Shown in pieces: positions 8,917-18,294 of a stretch of DNA of 37,047 nucleotides (position 1 is the stretch's first letter; each line of letters starts with the position of its first letter). The translations under genes were made by a program, and so were the position numbers. The notes beneath the pieces were generated by a model. That model did no database searches and was not told where the DNA came from. It saw only the letters and a list, made by a program, of their open reading frames with translations. The DNA is from Nitrospiria bacterium (GTDB taxonomy: Bacteria > Nitrospirota > Nitrospiria > 2-01-FULL-66-17), in contig JBDSOK010000220.1 in NCBI GenBank assembly GCA_039914845.1, positions 1 to 37,047 on the forward strand, given 5' to 3'.

Positions 8917-9034
8917 GCCTGTCCATGAGCGGCCATCTGCCGCGTTGTCGCTGCGCGTCCGGTGCTCACGTACGAGACAGTACGCTGCGCTCCGGTGCTC
9001 GCTCCGCCTTGCATCTGGCCACTCCTGAACAGGC
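8917..9034 (+). repeat. Copy B of a ~118-bp imperfect-palindromic intergenic repeat (ERIC/MITE-like) with ~24-nt terminal inverted repeats
   Basis: The 5' end GCCTGTCCATGAGCGGCCATCTGC matches the reverse complement of the 3' end GCCTGTTCAGGAGTGGCCAGATGC at 19 of 24 positions. The apical stem is CGTAC-GAGACA-GTACG. TCCGGTGCTC occurs twice, 33 nt apart. Confidence 0.8.
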
Positions 9035-9055
9035 GCATTTCCCTTCTCTCTCCCC

Positions 9056-10369
9056 ATGACTACTCGTCTCGGCATCGGACTGATTGGGTTTGGCACCGTC
9101 GGATCGGGGGTCGTCAAGCTTCTGCGGGAGAACGGCGACTTGTTGGCGCGGCGACTGGGGGTTCCGCTGGAGTTGATCAAGGTCGCGGATCTGGATCTGA
9201 AGCGGGATCGGGGGGTCAACCTGCCGGCCCAGCTGCTGACGACCGACGCGAACGAGGTGCTGTCGCACCCCGATGTGGATGTGGTCGTCGAATTGATCGG
9301 CGGCCTCGAACCGGCCAAGCGCTTCATTCTGGCCGCGATGAGCCGCGGCAAGCACGTGGTCACTGCCAATAAGGCGCTGCTGGCGGCGGCGGGCGAGGAA
9401 TTGTTCGCCGCGGCGGCCGCGCACGGGGTGGATTTCGAGTTCGAAGGCTCGGTGGGGGGAGGGATCCCCATCGTCCGGACGTTGAAAGAGGGCCTGTCCG
9501 CCAACCGGATCGAATCGATCTACGGGATTATCAACGGGACGTCCAATTTCATCCTGACCAAAATGACCGATGAACGCAACGCGTTTGCCGACGTGTTGGC
9601 CGAGGCCCAGCGGGCGGGATACGCGGAGGCCGATCCGACCAGCGACGTGGAAGGCCACGATTCGGCCAATAAGCTGGCGATCCTGGTGGCGTTGGCGTTC
9701 GGCACCCCCGTCACGCTCAAAGAGATTTATACCGAGGGCATTACCGGGATCACGCCGATCGACATCGAGTTCGCCCGCGAGTTCGGCTATCGCATCAAGC
9801 TGCTCGCCATCGCCAAAGCGCAGCAAGGGGCCATCGAAGCGCGCGTGCATCCCACCATGATTCCGGAAGACTATCTGCTGGCCCAGGTGGGCGGGGTGTT
9901 CAATGCGATCTACGTGGTCGGCGACCATGTGGGACAGACGTTGTTTTACGGGCGGGGCGCGGGAGACCAGCCGACCGCGAGCGCGGTGGTCAGCGACCTG
10001 ATCGAGATCGGCCGCAACATGCGGAAGGGCGTCAGCGGTCGCGTGCCGCCGGCCGCGTATCACGACGGAGGACGGCGGCATCTCCGGCTGCTGGCGATGG
10101 ACGAAATTACCAGTCTGTATTATCTGCGCTTTGCCGCGCTCGATCATCCCGGCGTGCTCTCGACCATTGCCGGGGTGCTCGGCAAATACAATATCAGTAT
10201 CTCTTCGGTCATCCAAAAAGGCCGCAAGGCCGGGGGGCCGGTGCCGGTGGTGATGATGACTCATCGCGCGCTGGAGCGGGACGTCCGGCAGGCGCTCGCC
10301 GAGATCGACGGCATGCCCTCGGTCTTGGACAAGACCGTGTTGATTCGCGTGGAAGACGAGGGGGATTGA
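9056..10369 (+). CDS. hom: Homoserine dehydrogenase
   Basis: N-terminal GLIGFGTVGSG Rossmann motif, a catalytic domain, and a C-terminal ACT domain (437 aa). Confidence 0.9.
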   Translation: MTTRLGIGLIGFGTVGSGVVKLLRENGDLLARRLGVPLELIKVADLDLKRDRGVNLPAQLLTTDANEVLSHPDVDVVVELIGGLEPAKRFILAAMSRGKHVVTANKALLAAAGEELFAAAAAHGVDFEFEGSVGGGIPIVRTLKEGLSANRIESIYGIINGTSNFILTKMTDERNAFADVLAEAQRAGYAEADPTSDVEGHDSANKLAILVALAFGTPVTLKEIYTEGITGITPIDIEFAREFGYRIKLLAIAKAQQGAIEARVHPTMIPEDYLLAQVGGVFNAIYVVGDHVGQTLFYGRGAGDQPTASAVVSDLIEIGRNMRKGVSGRVPPAAYHDGGRRHLRLLAMDEITSLYYLRFAALDHPGVLSTIAGVLGKYNISISSVIQKGRKAGGPVPVVMMTHRALERDVRQALAEIDGMPSVLDKTVLIRVEDEGD

Positions 10370-10370
10370 G

Positions 10371-11429
10371 GTGACGCCCTGGCGCGGCATTATCGACCGC
10401 TATCGCGACCTCTTGCCGGTGAGCGATCGGACGCCGGTAATCACGCTCAATGAGGGCAATACGCCCTTGATCGAAACGCACAACCTGGCGGCGGCGATCA
10501 ACCCGGGGCTGCGGCTCTTCCTCAAATTCGAAGGCGCCAATCCTACCGGCTCATTCAAAGACCGGGGGATGACGCTGGCCATCTCGAAGGCGGCGGAAGC
10601 GGGCGCCGGCGCGGTCATCTGCGCCTCCACCGGCAACACGTCGGCGTCGGCGGCGGCCTACGGCGCGCGCGCCGGTCTGGCGGTCTTCGTCCTGATCCCC
10701 GAGGGCAAGATCGCGATGGGCAAGCTCGCTCAAGCGATGATTCACCGCGCGCGGGTGATCCAGGTCGAGGGAAATTTCGACGAGGCGCTCACCATCGTCA
10801 AGGCCGTGGCCGAGCGGTATCCGGTCACCTTGGTCAATTCGATCAATCCGTTTCGCCTGGAGGGTCAAAAGACGGCGGCGTTCGAGGTCTGCGATCAATT
10901 GGGGCGCGCGCCGGATATTCACGTGTTGCCGGTCGGCAACGCCGGCAATATCACCGCCTATTGGCGCGGGTATCGGCAATATCACGAGGCGGGTAAGACC
11001 GCGTCGCTGCCCCGTATGGTCGGTTTTCAAGCCGCCGGCGCCGCGCCGATCGTCTTGGGCCACGTGGTGGACAAGCCGCGAACGATCGCCACCGCCATCC
11101 GCATCGGCAACCCCGCCAGTTGGAAGGCGGCGGTCGAAGCGGCCGAGCAGTCCAAGGGGGAAATCAATCTGGTGACCGACGAGGAGATCGTCGAAGCGTA
11201 TCGCCTGATCGCCGGATTGGAGGGCGTGTTTTGCGAGCCGGCATCGGCTGCATCGGTGGCGGGCGTGATCAAGCTGAACAAAGCGGCCTATTTCCAGGGC
11301 GGCGAGACGATCGTCTGTACCTTGACCGGGCATGGGCTCAAAGACGCCGACATCGCCATGTCCGTGTCCCAGAAACCGACCACCATCAAGGCGAGTCTGG
11401 AAGACGTCGTTAAAGTCTTGGGCTATTAG
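10371..11429 (+). CDS. thrC: Threonine synthase
   Basis: LNEGNTPL...FEGANPTGSFKDRG is the PLP-lysine motif. GTG start lies 1 nt after the hom stop. Confidence 0.9.
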   Translation: MTPWRGIIDRYRDLLPVSDRTPVITLNEGNTPLIETHNLAAAINPGLRLFLKFEGANPTGSFKDRGMTLAISKAAEAGAGAVICASTGNTSASAAAYGARAGLAVFVLIPEGKIAMGKLAQAMIHRARVIQVEGNFDEALTIVKAVAERYPVTLVNSINPFRLEGQKTAAFEVCDQLGRAPDIHVLPVGNAGNITAYWRGYRQYHEAGKTASLPRMVGFQAAGAAPIVLGHVVDKPRTIATAIRIGNPASWKAAVEAAEQSKGEINLVTDEEIVEAYRLIAGLEGVFCEPASAASVAGVIKLNKAAYFQGGETIVCTLTGHGLKDADIAMSVSQKPTTIKASLEDVVKVLGY

Positions 11430-11438
11430 CGGGGGCGG

Positions 11439-12680
11439 ATGGTGAAATACATCGTGTTGCTGGCCGACGGAATGGCGGATCTCCCCATTCCGCAACTCAA
11501 TCATCGGACGCCGCTCGAAGCGGCCAAGACGCCGCATCTCGACGCGCTGGCTCGCGGGGGCGAGGTGGGTCTGGTGCGCACCACCCCACCGGGATGCCAA
11601 CCGACCAGCGAGATCACCAATCTCGCCATTTTCGGATATGACCCGCGGAAATATCCGCAATGGGGACGGTCGCCCCTGGAAGCCGCGAGCTTGGGAGTCA
11701 GTGTCGGAAAAGGCGACGTGGTCTTCCGATGCAATCTGGTCACCTTCTGCGATGAGCAGCGGGGCTACGACGTTGAACGGCTTGGTCCCCACGTCATTCT
11801 GGAAGACCCCAGCGCCGGCCACATCGGCTCCGATGATTCCCGCGACTTGATCCAGGAATTGAACAACCAGTTGGCGACCGAATTTCTCCAGTTCTACGCG
11901 GGGGTCAGCTATCGCCATTTGATGGTCTGGATCGGCGGAAAATCCCGGGTGTCCTGCACCCCGCCCTTCGATGTGGCGGGCAAACCGGTGATGGGCGCGC
12001 TGCCGACCGGCGACGGGGCGGAGATGTTGCGCAGCGTCATGGACAGCGCGACCGCGATCCTCCCATTTCATCCGATCAACGAGGAGCGGATCGAGCAGGG
12101 ACTCAAACCGGCCAACGGCATCTGGCTCTGGGGCCAGGGGAAAGCCGCGGACCTGCCGCCCTTCGTGGAACGCTTCGGCAAACGCGGGGCGCTGATCGCG
12201 GCGGTCGATGTGATGAAGGGCCTGGCGCTGGCGGTGGGATTCGACGTGATTCAGGTGCCGGGCGCCACCGGGTATTTGGACACCAACTATGAAGGGAAAG
12301 TGGAGGCCGCGCTCAAGGCGCTCCGCACGAATGATCTGGTGGTCGTGCATGTCGAAGCGCCCGACGAGGCCAGCCACAACGGGGATGTGCAGGCGAAAAT
12401 TCAGGCGATCGAAGATTTCGACGCGCGCGTGGTGGGTCCGATCGTCTCCGCCACCGCCGCGGAACCCTCGTGCCGGATCCTGGCGCTCTGCGATCATGTC
12501 GCCCCGGTCCTGACGCGCTCCCACACCGCCGATCCGGTGCCGTATGTCGTCTATACCCAAGGTGGAGCGCCCGCCTCGTCGGCAGGCGCCGTGTCGCAGT
12601 TTACCGAGAAGGCCGCCAAGGGCGGCGGCAAACTGATCCATGAAGGCCACCGCTTGATGGAGTATTTCCTGAAGGAATAG
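11439..12680 (+). CDS. Cofactor-independent phosphoglycerate mutase (ApgM)-like metalloenzyme; proposed non-orthologous homoserine kinase
   Basis: [14 protein letters not shown]...TP...A.TP.LD and [14 protein letters not shown] are motifs of the archaeal-type iPGM family. The gene lies between thrC and lysC, matching the TIGR02535 'proposed homoserine kinase' context as I recall it. Confidence 0.7.
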   Translation: MVKYIVLLADGMADLPIPQLNHRTPLEAAKTPHLDALARGGEVGLVRTTPPGCQPTSEITNLAIFGYDPRKYPQWGRSPLEAASLGVSVGKGDVVFRCNLVTFCDEQRGYDVERLGPHVILEDPSAGHIGSDDSRDLIQELNNQLATEFLQFYAGVSYRHLMVWIGGKSRVSCTPPFDVAGKPVMGALPTGDGAEMLRSVMDSATAILPFHPINEERIEQGLKPANGIWLWGQGKAADLPPFVERFGKRGALIAAVDVMKGLALAVGFDVIQVPGATGYLDTNYEGKVEAALKALRTNDLVVVHVEAPDEASHNGDVQAKIQAIEDFDARVVGPIVSATAAEPSCRILALCDHVAPVLTRSHTADPVPYVVYTQGGAPASSAGAVSQFTEKAAKGGGKLIHEGHRLMEYFLKE

Positions 12681-12733
12681 AGGAAGAGAAGGCGTTGTTG
12701 GTTGCGTGGTGTCGCGAACAACGGCCTCTCACC

Positions 12734-13960
12734 ATGGCACTCATCGTCCAAAAATACGGCGGCACCTCCGTCGGCTCGCCCGAGCGGATCCACGCGGTGG
12801 CCGAACGGGTGATCGCCACCGCCAAGGCCGGCGATCAAGTGGTCGTGGTCCTGTCGGCGATGAGCGGGGAAACCGATCGGCTTGTGAAGCTGGCCCACCG
12901 GATGAGTCCCGCGCCGGATGAGCGCGAGCTGGATCTCTTGCTCTCGACCGGCGAGCGCGTGACCATCGCCTTGCTGGCGATGGCGCTGAACGCGCGGGGG
13001 TGCCCGGCGCGCTCGTTCACCGGCCGCCAGGTGGGGATCGTGACCGATGCCGTGCACACCCGGGCGCGAATCGAGCGCGTGTCTGCCGATCGTGTCCGGG
13101 AGGCGTTGGCGGAGGGCGTCGTGCCGGTAGTGGCCGGCTTTCAAGGCATCAACGAGCACTCAGACGTGACGACGCTGGGCCGCGGCGGATCGGACACCAC
13201 GGCGGTCGCCCTGGCGGCAGCGCTCAAGGCCGATCGCTGCGATATCTACACCGACGTGGACGGCGTGTACACCAGCGACCCGAATGTCGTCGCCGACGCC
13301 GCCAAGCTGGAGAAAGTCTCCTACGAAGAGATGCTGGAGATGGCGAGTCTGGGCGCCAAAGTGCTGCAAACCCGATCGGTCGAGTTTGCCATGAAGTATC
13401 TCGTGCCCATCCGGGTGCTCTCGAGTTTTGCCGACGCGCCCAGCGGGACGCTGGTGACCAAGGAGGATCGTGACATGGAACAGGTCGTGGTTTCGGGCGT
13501 CACCTACGACCGCCATCAGGCGAAGATCACGTTGCTCGGCGTGCCGGACCGTCCCGGGATTGCGGCCCGGCTCTTCGGCGGCATCGCCAAGCAGAGCGTC
13601 GTCGTGGACATGATCATCCAGAACATCAGCCAGGACGGCCTGACCGACATCTCGTTCACGGTGCCGCGCGGCGATATGAAGAAGGCGGTCGATCTGGTCT
13701 CCACGCTCTCGCGCGAGATCGGCGCCCGCGACGTGCAAGTGACCGAAGACATCGCCAAGGTGTCGATCGTCGGGGTGGGCATGCGATCCCATTCCGGGGT
13801 GGCCGCGACGATGTTCGAGACGCTGGCGCGCGAGGGAATCAATATCATGATGATCTCGACCAGCGAGATCAAAATTTCGTGCGTGGTGGACGCAAAATAT
13901 ACTGAACTGGCGGTGCGCTCGCTTCACGACGCGTTCGAATTGGGGGCAGCCCGTCCATGA
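12734..13960 (+). CDS. lysC: Aspartate kinase
   Basis: [14 protein letters not shown]...[15 protein letters not shown] plus tandem C-terminal ACT domains. A TTG at 12695, behind an AGGAAG box, is an alternative start. Confidence 0.9.
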   Translation: MALIVQKYGGTSVGSPERIHAVAERVIATAKAGDQVVVVLSAMSGETDRLVKLAHRMSPAPDERELDLLLSTGERVTIALLAMALNARGCPARSFTGRQVGIVTDAVHTRARIERVSADRVREALAEGVVPVVAGFQGINEHSDVTTLGRGGSDTTAVALAAALKADRCDIYTDVDGVYTSDPNVVADAAKLEKVSYEEMLEMASLGAKVLQTRSVEFAMKYLVPIRVLSSFADAPSGTLVTKEDRDMEQVVVSGVTYDRHQAKITLLGVPDRPGIAARLFGGIAKQSVVVDMIIQNISQDGLTDISFTVPRGDMKKAVDLVSTLSREIGARDVQVTEDIAKVSIVGVGMRSHSGVAATMFETLAREGINIMMISTSEIKISCVVDAKYTELAVRSLHDAFELGAARP

Positions 13961-14096
13961 ACGGCCATCTCGGGAAGCAGCATTTGTCCGTCACGCTAGA
14001 ACTGCGTTGCCGCTGCGCGTCCGGTGCTCACGTGCCACCCAGCACGCTCCGCTCCGGTGCTCGCGGCGCCTTGTATCTGGCCATTCCTGAACGGGC
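13949..14096 (+). repeat. Copy C of the imperfect-palindromic intergenic repeat, with a 30-nt insertion in the 5' arm
   Basis: The core aligns to copy B (GCGTTGcCGCTGCGCGTCCGGTGCTCACGT ... CGCTCCGGTGCTCGC ... CCTTGtATCTGGCCAtTCCTGAACgGGC). The ends are GCCCGT.../...ACGGGC. The element contains the lysC stop codon. Confidence 0.8.
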
Positions 14097-14144
14097 TTCC
14101 TGGCGTATCGCTGAGATGTCAGTGTGAACATTCCAAAGAAAACG

Positions 14145-15731
14145 ATGATCGAGTTGTACGATACGACGCTGCGGGATGGGGCGCAGGCCGAGGATATTGC
14201 GTTCTCGGTCGAGGATAAGCTCCGCATCGTCCAGAAACTCGACGAGCTGGGCATTCCCTTTATCGAAGGGGGATGGCCGGGGGCCAATCCCAAGGACGGT
14301 GAATTTTTCAAAGAGGTCCGCAAGCTGACGCTCAAACACGCGCAGATTGCCGCGTTCGGTTCCACGCGCCGCGCCGACCGCCGCGCGCAGGACGATCCCC
14401 AGCTCGCGGCGTTGTTGGAGGCGGAGACGCCGGTCATCACCATCTTTGGGAAGAGCTGGGATCTGCACGTCACCGAGGCGCTCGGGGTGTCGCTCAAGAA
14501 AAATATCGAGTTGATCGGCGATTCGGTGGCGTACCTGAAGTCCAAGCGGCGGATGGTGGTCTACGATGCCGAGCATTTCTTCGACGGCTATCGGGCCAAT
14601 CCTGAATACGCCTTGGAGACGGTGGCGCGGGCGGAGGCGGCGGGCGCCGACCGCATCGCACTCTGCGATACCAACGGGGGCGCCATGCCGTGGGAGGTGC
14701 GCGACGTGGTCGCCGCCGTCGCCGCGCAGATCAAGACGCCGCTGGGGATCCACGCCCATAACGACGGCGAGGTTGCGGTGGCCAATTCGCTGATCGCGGT
14801 GGAGCAGGGCGTGGTGCAGGTGCAGGGGACGATCAATGGCTTCGGCGAGCGATGCGGCAACGCCAACCTCTGCTCGCTCATCGCCAACCTCTGTCTTAAA
14901 CTGGACCGTCGCGTCCTCGGTGAGGCGCAACTGCGCCATCTGACGGAGGCCTCGCGATTCGTGTACGAGATTGCGAATCTTCCGGCGCAGAAGCGCCAGC
15001 CCTACGTCGGCGAAAGCGCGTTCGCCCATAAGGGCGGCATCCACGTTCACGCGGTCCGCAAAAAGGCGGAGACCTACGAGCACGTGCCGCCGGAGGTGGT
15101 CGGGAACCGCCGCCGGATCTTGGTGTCCGACGCCGCGGGGAAGGGCAGTCTCCTGGAGAAGGCGGCGGAGTACGGCCTCGACCTGGACGCATCCGACCCG
15201 CGGCTGCAGGGCATTCTCACCACGTTGAAAGATCTCGAAGGCCAGGGCTATCAGTTCGAAGGCGCCGAAGGGTCGTTTGAGTTGCTGATGCGCAAAGCGC
15301 TCGGTCACCACCGACGTTTTTTCGATCTCATCGGGTTTCGCGTGATCGTGGAGAAGCGGCGCGAGGGCGAAGAGCCGCTCTGCGAGGCCACCATCATGGT
15401 GCGTGTGGGCCAGGAGGTCGAGCATACCGCGTCGGTCGGCGCGGGACCCGTCAATGCGCTGGATCACGCCTTGCGCAAGGCCCTCGAGGGGTTTTACCCG
15501 CAACTCGCCGACGTGCGATTGCTCGACTACAAGGTGCGGGTTCTGGCAGCCCAGGGAGGCACCGCCTCGCGCGTGCGCGTGCTGATCGAGTCGGGGGATC
15601 AGACCGGGAAGTGGGGGACGGTCGGGGTTTCCTCGAATATCATCGAGGCCAGTTGGCAGGCGCTGGTCGATAGTATCGAATTCCGGCTGCTCCGGCCGGC
15701 CGGGCCCACGCTCCAGGCCGGCGATCGGTAG
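14145..15731 (+). CDS. cimA: (R)-citramalate synthase (CimA; 2-isopropylmalate synthase family)
   Basis: [16 protein letters not shown]...[12 protein letters not shown], plus a C-terminal LeuA-dimer-like regulatory domain (528 aa). A GTG at 14124 is an alternative start. Confidence 0.8.
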   Translation: MIELYDTTLRDGAQAEDIAFSVEDKLRIVQKLDELGIPFIEGGWPGANPKDGEFFKEVRKLTLKHAQIAAFGSTRRADRRAQDDPQLAALLEAETPVITIFGKSWDLHVTEALGVSLKKNIELIGDSVAYLKSKRRMVVYDAEHFFDGYRANPEYALETVARAEAAGADRIALCDTNGGAMPWEVRDVVAAVAAQIKTPLGIHAHNDGEVAVANSLIAVEQGVVQVQGTINGFGERCGNANLCSLIANLCLKLDRRVLGEAQLRHLTEASRFVYEIANLPAQKRQPYVGESAFAHKGGIHVHAVRKKAETYEHVPPEVVGNRRRILVSDAAGKGSLLEKAAEYGLDLDASDPRLQGILTTLKDLEGQGYQFEGAEGSFELLMRKALGHHRRFFDLIGFRVIVEKRREGEEPLCEATIMVRVGQEVEHTASVGAGPVNALDHALRKALEGFYPQLADVRLLDYKVRVLAAQGGTASRVRVLIESGDQTGKWGTVGVSSNIIEASWQALVDSIEFRLLRPAGPTLQAGDR

Positions 15732-15749
15732 ATTAACCGCTTGTTTTCC

Positions 15750-15778
15750 TTGACTTCGAAGTCGGTTTTCGCTAGGGT
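15750..15778 (+). promoter_or_regulatory. Putative promoter (TTGACT - 17 nt - TAGGGT) ahead of ihfA
   Basis: Read directly in the cimA-ihfA intergenic region. Confidence 0.35.
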
Positions 15779-15844
15779 TGGCGCTGCCCAAGCCCCGGCG
15801 TCCGGCAAAGACCCCCGGGACGGGCCATCGATCGTGAGCGGACT

Positions 15845-16179
15845 ATGAGGAAAGCGGACATCGCGAATGAGGTCTACGAGAAAGTCGGCATTCCGAAAAA
15901 GGATGCCTCCGACATTCTTGAATTGATGCTCGATTCGATCAAAGGCGTGCTGCAAAAGGGCGAGACAGTCAAGATCGCCGGGTTCGGGAACTTCGTGGTC
16001 CGCCATAAGCGCGCCCGTAAGGGTCGCAATCCAAAGACCGGGGAGGAGATCGGCATCACGCCCCGCAAGGTCGTCACTTTTCGCCCCAGCCAGGTGTTCA
16101 AGCGCTTCGTCAACGACGCGCAAGGCGAGGATGTTCCCCCACCCGTTCCGGACGAGACGGCTGCAGAGGTTGAGGCGCC

Positions 16180-16183
<4 letters not shown>
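15845..16183 (+). CDS. ihfA: Integration host factor alpha subunit (HU/IHF family)
   Basis: GFGNFVVRHKRARKGRNPKTGEEIGITPRKVVTFRPSQ is a classic IHF-alpha arm. It is followed by an acidic, proline-rich tail. Confidence 0.85.
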
Positions 16184-16702
<519 letters not shown>

Positions 16703-16767
16703 ATCCGAGCTTGCTGAGCCAAACGCAGGGCCGCAGTCTCGGCCCGAGGCTTGGTATGTGTTTACTG

Positions 16768-16794
16768 TAGGGGCGTAGCTTCGCTACGCCCCTA
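16768..16794 (+). terminator. Perfect 12-bp stem-loop (TAGGGGCGTAGC-TTC-GCTACGCCCCTA) downstream of tRNA-Pro; probable terminator or REP-like hairpin
   Basis: Inverted repeat read directly. It is followed by a T-containing tract, AGCTTCTTCA. Confidence 0.5.
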
Positions 16795-16814
16795 GCTTCT
16801 TCACCCATTGGATT

Positions 16815-17600
16815 ATGGCCTCCAAACCCAAAATTCTCGTCTCCAACGACGACGGCATCCACTCCGAGGGCATCAAGCGCCTGGCCGACGCCCTACGGGC
16901 GATCGGCGAGGTGACGGTGGTGGCGCCCGACGGCGAGCAAAATGCCGCCGGCCACGCCATCACCCTACACAAGCCGTTGCGGGTCACGCAGTTGGCGGAC
17001 GGCGTGTACAGCACCAGCGGGACCCCGACCGATTGCATCAACTTGGGGGTGATCTCGATTCTCAAGGCGCGGCCCGCGCTGGTGGTCTCCGGCATCAATA
17101 AGGGCGAGAATCTGGCCGACGACGTGACCTATTCCGGGACGGTCTCGGCCGCGATGGAAGGGACCCTGCTGGGGATTCCCTCGATTGCGGTCTCGCAGGC
17201 GGGGGAGGGCGCGTTCCGGTTCGAGGCCGCGGCCTGGTTTGCGGCCCGTTTGGCTGAGTTGGTCTTGGCGAACGGCCTTCCCCCCGATACGCTGCTCAAC
17301 GTGAACGTGCCGGACCTCGACCGGTCCCAGGTCCGCGGAGTCAAGATCACGCGCTTGGGCCGTCGGTCCTACGACGCCAATGACATCGTCGAAAATACCG
17401 ATCCCCGCGGACGGAAATATTATTGGATCGGGGGCAATCGGGTGTTTGGGACGGTCAACGAAGGGACCGATTTCGGCGCGGTGCAGGCCGGGTATGTCTC
17501 GGTCAGCCCGGTCCACCTCGATCTGACCAATTACGCCGCATTGGCGACCCTCGCGGGATGGGAGGCGCGGTTGTCAGGGGCGGACGGAATCGGTCGCTGA
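16815..17600 (+). CDS. surE: 5'/3'-nucleotidase SurE
   Basis: [15 protein letters not shown]...[16 protein letters not shown]...GTPTDC...SGINKGEN are SurE motifs. Confidence 0.9.
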   Translation: MASKPKILVSNDDGIHSEGIKRLADALRAIGEVTVVAPDGEQNAAGHAITLHKPLRVTQLADGVYSTSGTPTDCINLGVISILKARPALVVSGINKGENLADDVTYSGTVSAAMEGTLLGIPSIAVSQAGEGAFRFEAAAWFAARLAELVLANGLPPDTLLNVNVPDLDRSQVRGVKITRLGRRSYDANDIVENTDPRGRKYYWIGGNRVFGTVNEGTDFGAVQAGYVSVSPVHLDLTNYAALATLAGWEARLSGADGIGR

Positions 17601-17604
17601 CCGG

Positions 17605-18294
17605 GTGACGATGACCGCGGACGGAGGCCTGGCTCAGCGTCGCATGGTGCTTGAACAGCTCGAGGCCCGGGGTATCACCGACGCGAGGGTCCTGGCGGCG
17701 ATGGGGACGGTGCCGCGGCATCTCTTCGTCGAATCGGCCCTGGCCGATCGCGGGTACGAGGACCGGGCGCTGCCGATCGGCGAGCATCAGACGATTTCTC
17801 AGCCGTATATGGTGGCCTTGATGACCCAGACCCTCGCGCTGACCGGGTCCGAACGGGTGCTCGAGATCGGGACCGGGTCGGGCTATCAGGCCGCGATCCT
17901 CTCGCAATTGGCGGCCCGCGTCTTTACCGTCGAACGCGTTAAGCCCCTGGCCGATCGCGCCCGGGAGATCCTCGATCGACTGAAAATCTACAACGTGGTG
18001 GTCAAGCTCTTCGACGGCACCTTCGGCTGGCCCGACGAGGCACCGTTCGACGCGATCCTGGTCGCAGCCGGCACCCCGTCGATTCCGCGGCCGCTCATCG
18101 AGCAACTCAAAGACGGGGGGCGCCTGGTCGCGCCGGTCGGCGATCGCGTCGCCCAGCAACTCCATCACGTGGTCAAGCGGCAGGGACGGGTGGAGGTCAG
18201 CTTGTCGGCCGAATGTTCCTTCGTGCCCCTCATCGGCAACCACGCGTGGCCGGAACGGGGGGACTCGCCGCCCGTCGCCGGTTCCCGGCTATGA
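17605..18294 (+). CDS. pcm: Protein-L-isoaspartate O-methyltransferase
   Basis: VPRHLFV...[10 protein letters not shown]...[15 protein letters not shown] are PCMT motifs. The surE-pcm order is widely conserved. Confidence 0.9.
   Translation: MTMTADGGLAQRRMVLEQLEARGITDARVLAAMGTVPRHLFVESALADRGYEDRALPIGEHQTISQPYMVALMTQTLALTGSERVLEIGTGSGYQAAILSQLAARVFTVERVKPLADRAREILDRLKIYNVVVKLFDGTFGWPDEAPFDAILVAAGTPSIPRPLIEQLKDGGRLVAPVGDRVAQQLHHVVKRQGRVEVSLSAECSFVPLIGNHAWPERGDSPPVAGSRL

Noticed and set aside
9011-9034. Possible sigma-54 promoter (TGGC...TGCA) read on the reverse complement of the repeat's 3' arm (GGAGTGGCCAGATGCAAGG).
   Set aside because: The GG-to-GC spacing is 3 nt too short for the -24/-12 consensus (TGGCAC-N5-TTGC). 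The orientation would also point away from the downstream genes.
8917-9055. Interpreting the repeats upstream of hom and cimA as a riboswitch, T-box or amino-acid attenuator controlling Thr/Ile genes.
   Set aside because: There is no T-box consensus, no specifier/antiterminator architecture, and no Thr/Ile codon run in the small ORFs. A third copy precedes an unrelated MFS transporter and a fragment lies before a glycerate kinase. The palindromic TIR structure fits a dispersed repeat better.
12681-12733. The stem GTTGTT...AACAAC in the 53-nt spacer before lysC as a lysine riboswitch or attenuator.
   Set aside because: It is far too short for an L-box (about 180 nt), it has none of the conserved L-box motifs I know, and there is no terminator-like U-tract.
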